Below the pieces are notes generated by a model. The model worked only from the letters and a program-made list of their open reading frames with translations. It was not told the DNA's origin and did not search any database. 64,000 bases of DNA from Marsupella aquatica (lineage: Eukaryota > Plantae > Marchantiophyta): assembly GCA_973895155.1 (NCBI GenBank), contig OZ316899.1:12589934-12653933 (forward strand), given 5' to 3'. Positions within the stretch are counted from its first letter, which is position 1; every line of letters starts with the position of its first letter. Positions 48,566 to 59,571 of the stretch are shown here, in pieces. A program made the translations under genes and the position numbers.

Positions 48566-48951
48566 AACACTTTGGCAATCACCTGGGGAGTGAGATAGAA
48601 ATCCTTCCCATACACCCTTGTGGAATTTGTCTCGAGATTCCATGATCCCACAAATTCTAATAAGTCAGAATCCGGCACCTCCGGCTTCAGCCACGATAAT
48701 TTCACAAAGGCTTCCAAGCCGGATCCGACCATGAAGCCCTGGTACTTCCAAGTCTGCATAGCCGTAAAGCATGCATCCTCCTCTCATGCAAAGTGTAATT
48801 GCATTTTCTTGCGGAGGGTCGTCGCCCAGCCTCTCCAGGTGTCATCCCTTGTTGGAACGACATTGATGGGGTAGACCTCCTCTTCTTTGGCTTCTCCTTG
48901 CCTCTTGCTTCCTTGGTGCCACCGACCTCGTTCTCTTTGCAGGGGTGGCCT
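48566..48951 (-). mobile_element. Fragment of a further family-A LTR (A4), host of A3
   Basis: Encodes KYQGFMVGSGLEAFVKLSW...TRVYGKDFYLTPQVIAKVF, homologous to 28520-28920. Confidence 0.85.
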
Positions 48952-51900
48952 GGAGGGTGGGAAGAGAGAACTATGTGGACCCGCGTATTTGATTTACTAA
49001 TGGAAGCCGGAGACTGAAACAAACTCTTAAGGAGATTCAAGCCAAGCCAAGGACGACGGAGGTGGAGATGGCTTTTCAGAGAGCTCAATTGAGGACACTT
49101 AAGATGGCCATTCTAGAAAATCATTTGGAGGAGGACATTGTTGATTTCATGGATGTTGAGGACACATTGCATGCTGCGGAACTGGAGGAAGCTCACAGAG
49201 GACGCAGGCTAGCCAGAGTTAAGTGGTTGGGGGAAGGAGATGAATCCACTAAATTTTTCTTTGCCACAGTGAAAGCCAAGAGATCCAGGGAGGCTATGTC
49301 TTCTTTGAGCAGGGTGGATGGGAGCACGATCTCTCACCCCGGAATGATTTTGAAGGAGGTTGAAGAGTTTTGTGAAACACTATACTCACCTGAGCCTTTT
49401 TCCGAAGCGGAGGCTAAAGAGAGACGTCTGGCTCGCTATAGACTGCTCAACAACACAAGGTTTGCCCTTTCAAGAGAGGACATTTTAAAGATGGAGAAGC
49501 TCCCGACATACCAAGAGGTGAAGGATGTGTTGTGGCTCTTGCCAAGTGATAAAACACCGGGGCCTGATGGTATGACAGCTGAGGTTTATAGAGCATGCTG
49601 GGGTTTTATTGGTCAGGATTTAGTGGATATGATACAAGAATTTTGGCTTACAGGTGCCCTCGATGCTGGTATTTGTGAAGGGATTGTTAAATTCATACCC
49701 AAGAAACCGGACAAGCGCTTCTTACGTGACTGGCGCCCATTGACAATGCTAAATACGATATACAAGCTAATAGCCAATATCCTTGCCTTGCGATTAAAAC
49801 CTATCCTACACTTGATAATCAGTCCGCAACAAACTGGATTTATCCCTGGACGCCACATATTAGAAAACATTTCCCTTGCTTGGCTTGCCTGTGATTGGGT
49901 TCACAAAAGGAGACGAGAGGCATTGTTTCTGAAACTAGACTTTGAGAAGGCTTTTGACCGTGTTTTGCATGAATATATATGGGAATGTATGCAGCTGCTA
50001 GGGATAAGCGGAAGTTTCATCACTCTGGTAAGAGCGTTGTTGGCTCGGGCATCCTCACGTGCCTTGGTGAATGGCTTACTAACAAACACGTTTGAGCTCA
50101 AGCGTGGGGTAAGACAGGGCTGCCCTTTATCACCATTGCTGTTTGTGATTTCCACGCAGCCACTCATGGATTTTCTTGATGCAGAGCTGGCAGCGGGTAG
50201 ACTGTGTGGCTTGCAGATCTCGCTTGATCTCACTATTTGTTACAGACTATTTGCGGATGATGTGGGGATGTTTATCCCTACATCTGAGAATGCTTTTGAA
50301 GAAGCAACAACTGCTCTTGACTGTTACGAGAAGGCTAGCGGTGCTCAACTGAATTTGAAAAAATCAGTTGTGATCCCATTGGCAATGGAGGAGGTCCCGG
50401 CTTGGCTGAATAACACGGGTTGTCATATCAGTCAAAGGGGAGAGATGCAGAAATATCTTGGTGCACCATTTGGTGTGGGCTTGAGCACGGAACAACTGCA
50501 CAAATTCTGCCTTGACAAAATCTGTGCCAGGCTTGCTGTTTGGTCCAACAAGCTGCTTTCCTTTACTGGTCGATCATTACTAGTTAAACAGGTACTGCTT
50601 GCTATTCCGATCTACCATGTAATGTATTGCAAGGCGTCTGCTGGTCTAGCCAAGAAGATTATTGCTCTCAGTAGGGATTTTCTATGGGGATACAATGACT
50701 AAGGAGGGAAGAAGGTTCCGTTGGTGGCTTGGGACAGGATGGCACTGCCACGGGTGGAGGGGGGACTGGGATTTTGGGATTTCTGCAGTCACTCTGATGC
50801 CCTACTCTTGCAATGGTTCACTAAAGCACTGAACTCGCCTGAACTGGAATGGTCCAAGATGTTGGCGGCCAATCTGGGACTGTTGGGGTGGATGAACTAC
50901 AAGGTTATTAGGAGAAATGGTTACTCCTTCCAAGACCAGCTGCTTTTATGTACACCTCGTACTTTTAGTGGGCTCCCCTACACTACGGGTCTCTGGCAAT
51001 GCTAGGAGCTTGTGAGACCTCATCTATCCTTTGAGCCTGGTCGGGGGGGGGCGGCGCCTGCCCGGTGAAGCATCACCGACACACTCAGATGCATGGTGGG
51101 CTTTCATTCTCTTCCTAATTCGGCCATTATGGACATTGCAACGATCTGTGGCCGGCTGGGAATGAGATCGATTGGTGATGGTTGGTCGGCAGAGGAAGGA
51201 TGTTGGAAGGACCTCCCACTTAGATGGAGCAATATGCGTGGCTTCTCTACGGAGCATCAATTGCTTGCACGGAAGTTCTTGGAAAGCATATGGAGCGCTT
51301 CACACTGCCGGTCAGAGTACTTCCTGTATGCCAAACAGTGGAGGTGGACAGATAGACCTGAACCATTGAAGGATTTGAGAATTGAGAATTGCAGAGTGTA
51401 TGACTTCCTGCGGCCCAAGACCTCAAATCACGAACGCCTGAATAGGATCTGGTCTCTTACCCGAGAGGAGAGAGGTTGGAATGAGAGCTGGTACAGACTG
51501 TGGAGATCGGATTTACCAACCAGAGGCAAGACCGTTATTTGGAGGATCATTGTGGGGGGCTTGTTCACTGGGGCCCGTGCGCTTCGATTAGAGGTGAGCA
51601 ACGGTGACTGCAAGTTGTGCAACGGACGGCTGGAAACCATCCCTCACCTTTTTTTCCATTGTGCACATGCTGTCTACTGCTGGCGTATCTGTTTGACCTC
51701 ATTGAGTGCGCTGGATATGCCAATTGGACAAGGGTTGATGGCCCTTTTAGATGCTGCCTATGGGAGGGAGCCTGTGGGAGTGGCGCAGCTTTTTGTCTTG
51801 CACCAGATTCTCTGGAGGCTCTGGATTGGGAGAAACACTCACATGTTTCAGAAGGGGGGGAGACGGGTGTTTGACTTGGGACTTGTCCTGTCGGAGGCAG

Positions 51901-52309
51901 TGGAGAACTTATTTGCTGCTGGTCGGCGTTGCCCCCCAAGGAGGAAGTGCACGCGCCTGCTACGGGCCAAATCATGTATTATGGGCTTCGCAGGAGCTGG
52001 CTTGGCGGTGGGGGGACCAGTTTCACTTCCGCTGGTTGACTCTGATTTTGCTGTGAGGTTGGAACGTTGAGACCGTTGAATGTATATGGTTCTGGGGGCA
52101 TGGATGCCCTCTAGATGGTTATTAGGTTGTGTGGTCGTCCTCTTTTGCTGTTAGGTGTCGTCGAGGAGATTAATTCCCTGCTTGATGTGGGTTTGAGGTA
52201 GTTTTTTGTGGTTTGGTCCTCTGTTTTGTCTGGGCTGTCTCCCGGGAATATGTTCTGTTTGTGCACCCTCCCCGTGGGGCTTTTCGCGGGGGGACTGAAG
52301 TATATAAAA
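48952..52309 (+). mobile_element. 5'-truncated L1-clade LINE, ORF2 pseudogene (RT + C-terminal zinc-binding domain)
   Basis: KWLGEGDESTKFFF, KTPGPDG, DWRPLTMLNTIYK, LKLDFEKAFDRV, RGVRQGCPLSPLLF, LFADD, KYLGAPF, GGLG and CKLC..ETIPHLFFHC. Stops at 50700 and 51003. GC hairpin at about 52269-52294 then TATATAAAA marks the likely 3' end. No endonuclease domain. Confidence 0.93.
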
Positions 52310-53248
52310 TGGCTACAATTCCAAGGAAGAGCTGGTCGGGTCAAGGAGAAAAGGGGAAAAGGCTCAAGGTTGACCGTCCGGACCCCCGAACGGACTTTGA
52401 GTTCTGAGGGCTTGAATGTAAGCTCCTCTTGGGCCCAAGGCTAATGGAGTTGACTCCATGGGCAACGGACGTTTGGGGCGTGAGTTATGGCCCGATCCGG
52501 GTTTGGCCGATCGGGAACCCCAAACAATGATGAGACCTGAGGGCCTAGGCATGAGCACTGGGTTGGCCCAATCACAACGGGCTAAGGCAATCTTCTTGCA
52601 GACGCCTAACGAGAAAGTTATGGGCGTTGTCAGTTAATGGCGTGCCTAGTATGCGCGATAGAATCCGGGTTGGAGGCCAAATGTTTAGGGACCAAAGTTG
52701 ATCAGGGGGTGGCAGGTCTCCAGAAGCATATATGAGGGAGTGGTGTCTCCATAGGGGCCAAGGGCAAGCCGAAGTCGTGAGCCGCGGCGGTCGCGACACT
52801 AAGGGAAAGCGCCAAACAGAAACGGCGATATCTTCCCAACGGGAAGTGCGTTGGAAAACTCTCAAGGAGGGCTACGTCCTCCTCATCAGGAAATTGGGGT
52901 GATGAATGTTCATCAAATAATCATCAATGAAATTGACTGTGCGGGGTACGATATTGACCAAGTAATGTGTCATTGCTTATTACATGCTGACATGTCATTG
53001 TTGAATTTACAATGATTATTCATTGATTCCATGCTTTGTATTTTTTTCAAATTGATTCATCAATTATCCATTGTATGATCAAGATTGATTCAATTTAATT
53101 CAAAAATAATAAACAATGAATTTGCATTGATTCATCATTGGTCTAGCATGTTGAAATTCAATATATCAATGCCACATTAGTGTGTAATCACCGTGTTTTC
53201 ATTGTGTAAAAGCCATATTTTCATGGAAGGATCATTCATGTTTCATTG

Positions 53249-54238
53249 GAGATATATGCTTGATGGGCCCCCTGGTGAACCTTTCTTACCTGATGGGCCC
53301 CTAGGGAATTTTTTTTACCAAGTAGGACCCTTCTTAATGACTAGTACACCTGTTCTTGTGTGGTGCCTACACCTGTCCTTGTGTGGTGCCTACTATGTAT
53401 GGTGACTCCAAGCAAACTGCAAGTTGAACTGTGCAGTCAACCTTGCATGGTCGACCGAGAAACCATGGAGATGATTCGGGAGAAACCGCGAAAAGCGACT
53501 GCCGCTGTCAAAACTATGATTTGAAGACAATATGCATTATGTCTTTGGATTCAATGGGTTAATGCCTGAAGACTCAATGGATTATGTCTTCCCGTGTTTC
53601 AAGGTTTAGGGTGTACCCGACACCTTTGGGTCTGTCTTCTTTGGAAATTGTTTGTATGCATTACATAGGGGAGTATTACCATTTTTTGAGCGCATTTGTC
53701 AATCATTTGCCAATTTTTGTTGTGGCGGCAGTAGGCAAATTCCGAACATTGAACTTGAATATTCTTTGTGGACATTTGGAGGTACCCCACACTGACGCTG
53801 ACAGTTGTGCATGAAAACATCGTGAAAAACCCATGTGCACAACGTGAAAAACATACCTAATAACTACCCCACGATACGGTAAAAATTTGAACCCAAAGAC
53901 ATAATCCATTGTGTCTTCAGGCATTAACCCAGTGAATCCGAAGACATAATGCATATTGTCTTCAAATCGCAGATTCGGCAGCGGTAGTCGCTTTTCGCGG
54001 TTTCTCCCAAATCATCTCCGTGGTTTCTCGGTCAACCATGCAAGGTTGACCACACGGTTCAACTGTGCAGTTTGCTTGGAGTCACCATACATAGTAGGCA
54101 CCACACAAGGACAGGTGTAGGCACCACACAAGAACATGTGTACTGGTCATTAAGAGGGGTCCTACTTGGTAAAAAAAGTTCCCTAGGGGCCCATTAGGTA
54201 AGAAAGGTTCACCAGGGGGCCCATCAAGCATATATCTC
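53249..54238. mobile_element. Non-autonomous Mutator-like (MULE/foldback) element with about 340-bp terminal inverted repeats
   Basis: 53249-53590 is the reverse complement of 53896-54238. Termini GAGATATAT/ATATATCTC. Flanks TGTTTCATTG and TGTTTCAATTG look like a degenerate 10-bp TSD. Confidence 0.82.
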
Positions 54239-55107
54239 TGTTTCAATTGCTTATTCATTATCACTTCATTGACAAATCATTGTCCTTTCATCATGAACCA
54301 TTATCATTAGTCCATTGTCATTCAGTCAATATTGATTCAATACCATTCCATTGATCCATCATCATGATTTCCATAATATTGTATCATGAGTTCATCATTA
54401 TTTCATCATCTGTTAAATTGTCATTTCAGTGCCATTTCATTGTGACATTGGTCATCATTTGGTCCTCGTTAAACAACTGTGTTTTGTAGTTGGTTTGTTG
54501 TTAGTTCAACATAGTTTTCAAAATATCACCAGTGTGATTTATTTGTCATTTTTTCATTACAGATTCCTTTTCAGTTCCTCGTTGAATCTATGTCAATTTA
54601 ATGTCATTTCATTAGCATTTCAATATGATTTTCTCATTATCATTTCCTTATATTTGCATTGTCATTTATTGGTGAGAAGTTGTCATTCCATTGTTATTTC
54701 ATCAATCTCCCTTAAGCTCATCAATGTTGTTGACTGAGACAATGATTTGTTGTTGATGAATCACAAGTATCATTGAATAGATAATTTATTTGGGGTATCC
54801 CAATTTTTCCAATTTGAATACACTTTGGCAACCTATTTCAAAAGCTTTCACTTTAAATGTTTCCAATGAACTTTTGATCAAGATGCAAAAGAAATTTGAG
54901 CTCTGTAGTCAAATATTCGTCTCCATATTAAAGGTCGACTAGAGCTAGAGTTATCAAAGTTTTAACAAATATGTGACCGCTGGATTCCAATCATAATGAT
55001 AGTTTGTCCTAGAGAATCATAAGAGAACTTTTCTAATTTAAGATTAACTTGGGCTAGTCCAGAGCTCTAAATCTTGAGAGAAGACTTGTTTTTCTGGTGC
55101 TTGCCGA

Positions 55108-56445
55108 CCTATCCTGCCACTCTCTTCATACATGTGAACCAGCGCAGAGCCCACACACAAATCCAACTCCAGTCCGGCATTTCTAGCATGGCCATGAACC
55201 TCCTTCACCCACTCCAAAGCCTTTGTACTTGCAGATGCATTCAGAATACTTGCATGGTAAATGCATCTGGTTCAAAGCCTTCCGGTCTCATTTGGAGAAA
55301 CAATCAATATGCTTGGTGCCCACATCCATGTTGTGCAAGTCCTCCTATCATTACATTCCATGTGATTACGTCGCATTTCTCCATTCTGTCAAAAACCAGT
55401 CGGGCGTCACCTATCCTGCCACTCTCTGCATACATGTGAACCAGCGCAGAGCCCACACGCAAATCTGACTCCAGTCCCGCTTTCCTAGCGTGGCCATGAA
55501 CGTCCTTCACCCATGCCAAACCCCCATCACATGCGGATGCACTTAGCATGCTCGTAAAGGTTATTGCATTTGGTTTGAAGCCATCCCGTCTCATTTGCAG
55601 GAATAGTCGATATGCTTCCACACCATCACCACGTTCTGCACATGCTCCAATCATAACATTCCATGTAATGACATTTTGATTAGTAACTTTTCAAAAGCTT
55701 TCCTTGCCTTGGTGATGCACCCACATTTAGCGTACATCAGTATGAGAGTAGTCCCTACACGCAAGTCTGATTCAAAGCCGGCATGTCGAATACCCTGATG
55801 AATTTATTTTCCCCAATTGGGAGCTAATGGGCTTGAACATGCATTCAGGATGCTTAGATACATGATCTCATTCAGCTTCATGCCTTCTTGGCGCATTAGA
55901 TTGAAAATTTTGAGTGCAGATTCAGCATGATAACTCCTAGCGTATCCCGCCATCATGTTGGTCCAAGTAATAACACTCTTCTTATCAATTTGATCAAAAA
56001 CTCTGCGTGCATCCGATAAACCTCCGCATTTGATATACACATTCAAAAGCGTGATTGCCACAAATGGATTTTCGTGAATTCCACTCTCGATGATGCAATC
56101 ATGAATTTACTTGGCTCCTGAAAGGTCTTTCTATTGCAAGCACATTTGCAGAACTTTAACATATGTGTACAAGTCTATAGCAATGCCTCACTGTAGACGA
56201 TCTTTCAATGTAGCAATTGTTTAACCCGTGGTACCAGGATGCATATGCCTACTGCCAATCCCTTTCGCAGTGACTTGAGACCGATCTCTCGTGCAATAAA
56301 CAACATTAGATGGAAATCTGCAATGAGTAACCAAATTCGCCCTTGCCTTAACCCACGTTGGGGTTGACAATCCATCCACCCAAAGTGCTAGTCTTGTCAA
56401 CTTCTGATTGAACTCAGTGCTCTGGGCTTCCTCTGTCGGCACCAC
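55108..56445 (-). pseudogene. PLS-class pentatricopeptide repeat (organellar RNA-editing factor type) pseudogene, 3'-truncated
   Basis: GIAIDLYTYVKVLQMC.., LLNVYIKCGGLSDARRVFDQI..VITWT, AGLESDLRVGSALVHMYAESGRIGDARLVFDRM..DVITWNVMIGG. Many stops and frameshifts. No E or DYW domain before homology ends at about 55108. Confidence 0.9.
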
Positions 56446-57421
56446 AACCCCCGATCAGATTTGCTACCAGGATAAAATCCAGGAGATTCCACAAGGTGCA
56501 ATGAATTTGTAGTTATTTCTTGACGACTATGTTTCCAATGATCTTTCTACAGTGAGTGTTCATAAATGGATAGCAGACCGGTAAGCCTCTCAAGTTCTAG
56601 GGTGCATGCCTACCTCCGTCCAAAGATGTATTTTCTTGTCTCCCTTGCTTTGCTGTGATCTTTGGTACAGATAACTTGCAAAAGTTAAATGACTCCTTTC
56701 CAATTGAGAGTAACGGCTATCTGTCAAGAATGCAATGATCTTAGAATAGAATATTGAAATAATTGTGAAAGGCATATCTAGGTATCAAGAAGCTCGTTCC
56801 TTCTCCCGTATTTCACTGTACCCACAGAAAGGACAGAGTCAAGAGCCTATCAAATTGGTACTAAAATACTTCAGCCAGAAGTCACATGTTATCCTTGGGT
56901 TGTGTAAAGGACAGACTTTTAGGGCATCTTGATAGGCGTTCATTTGTAAGTTGCCTACACTGTCCTTTCTACGCTATACACAAACCAAAATCTAAGGTTT
57001 CTGAAAAGAGACTACTTAGAAATAAATCCTAGCCATCATCTGTAGAATCCATCGTGACTAGACACAGATGACATGAACGTTGTCGCGAGGACTTAAAGTT
57101 AGGGGCTCCTCGGGCAAATTGCGCGTTTCTGGCTGTGATTGGGATAGGCGACAAGCACTTTTTGGAGCGAACTCTCACTCCTTTATTTTTTTTACTTTTC
57201 TCACAAAGGTTACAATGGGTGCCCTCAAGTAAGCTTGCCCGCAAGAGTATAGTAGCTGGCCCTACGGCGGGCCGCTACCTCTAACTTGTCGAGTTGAACT
57301 CCTTGAGTGACTATCTACTCAAAATCTGACGGAAAAACTCTCCTCAGCTCACAAAACCAAAATTTGACTAGCTACTCCACTAGTCTAAAATAGCTCTCAC
57401 GGAACTTGGGCCTGGACCAAT

Positions 57422-57532
57422 GAGGCTCCAAACTTGAGAAATCCCCGCCTGGATCAACGAGGCTCCAAACTTGAGAAATCCCCGCTTGGATCGATGAGGC
57501 TCCAAACTTGAGAAATCCCCGCTTGGATTGAA
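57422..57532 (+). repeat. Tandem repeat, 37 bp x 3
   Basis: GAGGCTCCAAACTTGAGAAATCCCCGCYTGGATYRAH units starting at 57422, 57459 and 57496. Confidence 0.9.
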
Positions 57533-59012
57533 AACTCCACACCTGGATCCAACACTCACATAGAACTCCAAAACCGCCGCACAACAGTCGAGTTCCGCAG
57601 AACGGAGCGGAACTCATAGAACGAAACTCAACAGATCTCAATAGACAACCGCCAACCTCAATGAGCCGAGGCCCAAGTCTTAAGTAGCATCGGAAACCCA
57701 ACCATCCAGCCTGAGCCAGCTGCCATCAGCGAGGCTCATCTAAACTCCAAGCCTGGTGACTCACCCAAATACCAAACCTGGTGACGACGAGTCACCCAAT
57801 CACCAAACCTCAATCCATCCAACCAAGCAGCCCCTCCGAGTCAGCATGCACGCAACCCAACCGGGAGGCCTCGCCCATCATCCCCTATAAAAGCCATTCC
57901 TGAGCCAAAATCTTTTGGCACGACATCCTCCCCCAGTAAACCTGAGCAGCCTCCGGTCTGCTCCAATCCATCAGATTTCCTCTAAGTCTGAGTCCAAACT
58001 TGAGCCATGCGCCTGGACCACTTCCTCCTCAAGAAACTCAAACCCAAAGCCTTCAGACTCGGTCTTAGGCACTCCACTTTCCATAAACTTGAAGTCCAAC
58101 TGTAAGTAGTGGGTAATTCCAAAAGCATGAAGAAACTGAAAATTTTTAAATTTTTTATGGTGTTTAGACTGCAATTATTGCTAACTATAACTGAAACAAC
58201 ATTCAAAGTTACTAAGTTCCTAAGTTACGAGTAAACTCAGTTTACGAGTTTACTAGTTCATTGCTTTACGAGTTACACCTTAAGAGTTGACGACCCTGTG
58301 ATCGTGACATCTTACGACTAGTTCAACGGGACTCCACAACGGATGAAGAGCTCACCTTGAAAGGGAAGGAATGCAAGACATAGGCGCTCATTACTGATTT
58401 CTCTTCCACCTTACCTCTCAAACTCTGCCCAGCTTCAACCGGTATTTCAGAGATGTCAAATGGAGGCTTCACCCTTTCTATTCCAGGATGCTGAACTCTG
58501 ATGACTTCCTATACCATTATCCCCAAGTATATGCTGCTACTTGCAATAATTATGACGTGATTGGGATGTATAGAGAAGCTCTTCGAATAGACATATGTTT
58601 CTAAGGAGAAGAATGCCCTTGATGTATCCTGAAAGGCAATTGAGATGCCTACCCTACTCTCGAGGATCCCCACGCCAGGCTGAACTGATGGAAGTTACAC
58701 AGAATCAAACTGTCACAGCAGTGGAGCTACTCGAACCAGATGACATCCGACAACAAGCTTGAGGAGTAGTCTAAGTGTTTTTAGTTAGTTTTAAGAGTAG
58801 TGCATCTTTCCCTATTTTTCAAAATGTGTTATAGAGCTTTAAAAGCTATGAGACTTCTTCAATAGGTAGTCTGTACCTAGGAAAACCTGCTGGAAAAATT
58901 TCAGAGTTTTCCAGAATAGGAGTAAAAAGTTAAAAATAATTGAATTTGCTAAGTCTTTAAGTCTACCGCATTTACCGGATTACGCCTTTATGCTCTTACG
59001 CTTATATGTTTT

Positions 59013-59209
59013 TGTTGTAAACCCTAGTTTACCCCTTAACCATAGGGCGAGAACCCTTAACCATAGTATGAGAACTCCTAACCATAGGACCAGTATAAGG
59101 GCATTTGCCTACCATGTAACCAAGGGGATATATATATCCCCTCATCAATAGTAATGGATCTATCTTGTTGGAGTATCTTTGAGCGTTCCTTTAGTTGTCT
59201 ATTACAACA
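59013..59209 (+). repeat. 5' LTR (197 bp) of a Ty1/Copia element
   Basis: Perfect 8-bp terminal inverted repeat TGTTGTAA...TTACAACA. Three C(T/C)TAACCATAG repeats and a GGGGATATATATATCCCC palindromic TATA region. Followed directly by the PBS. Confidence 0.85.
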
Positions 59210-59223
59210 CGTTATCAGCACGA
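59210..59223 (+). promoter_or_regulatory. Half-tRNA primer-binding site (tRNA-Ile anticodon arm), Bianca type
   Basis: CGTTATCAGCACGA, lacking the TGG start. Complementary to TCGTGCT[A/I]ATAACG of plant tRNA-Ile(AAU/IAU), recalled sequence. Confidence 0.75.
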
Positions 59224-59571
59224 GCCAGTCTCTAAAATCATTTTTTTTCAAGCAGATGCAATCGAGTTTTACACGAGGAGAATGCTCGTAAAGTGGCATT
59301 TTTTTTTAGAAACTGCCATAACCGTTTTTTTTTCTTGGTCTCCATTCTTTTGCCTCAGAGTTGAATTTTTTTTTTAAAAAACACGAAATTTCACATAGAG
59401 CATCAATTCGGGACCAGCATATCGAGAGTCCAAAGGACTAATACTTTATTGGCATGATTGAAAGCTCCCTCAGCTCCATATACAAGCTTCCAACCGGTCA
59501 ATTGTACAATCGAGATACTTCACTCGATTCAATCTTCACCAAAGTTCTTAAATCAACTGACATCCCGAATA

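Noticed and set aside
52310-52888. GC-richer segment ending ...CCTCATCA, possibly another LTR edge
   Set aside because: No second copy, PBS, PPT or TSD to support it.
53604-53612. GTTTAGGGT near the inner end of the left inverted arm as a third telomeric filler
   Set aside because: A single unit is expected by chance, and there is no reference copy to show it is non-templated.
57258-57285. Helitron-like 3' end (GGCCC-N6-GGGCC hairpin then CTAA)
   Set aside because: Short stem, not followed by T, and no 5' TC end or Rep/helicase remnant identified.
57422-57532. CRISPR-like 37-bp repeats
   Set aside because: Head-to-tail units with no unique spacers, in a eukaryotic context.
58220-58298. hAT-like terminus (…GACGACCCTG with TTACGAG subterminal repeats)
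   Set aside because: No matching opposite terminus or 8-bp TSD found in the window.
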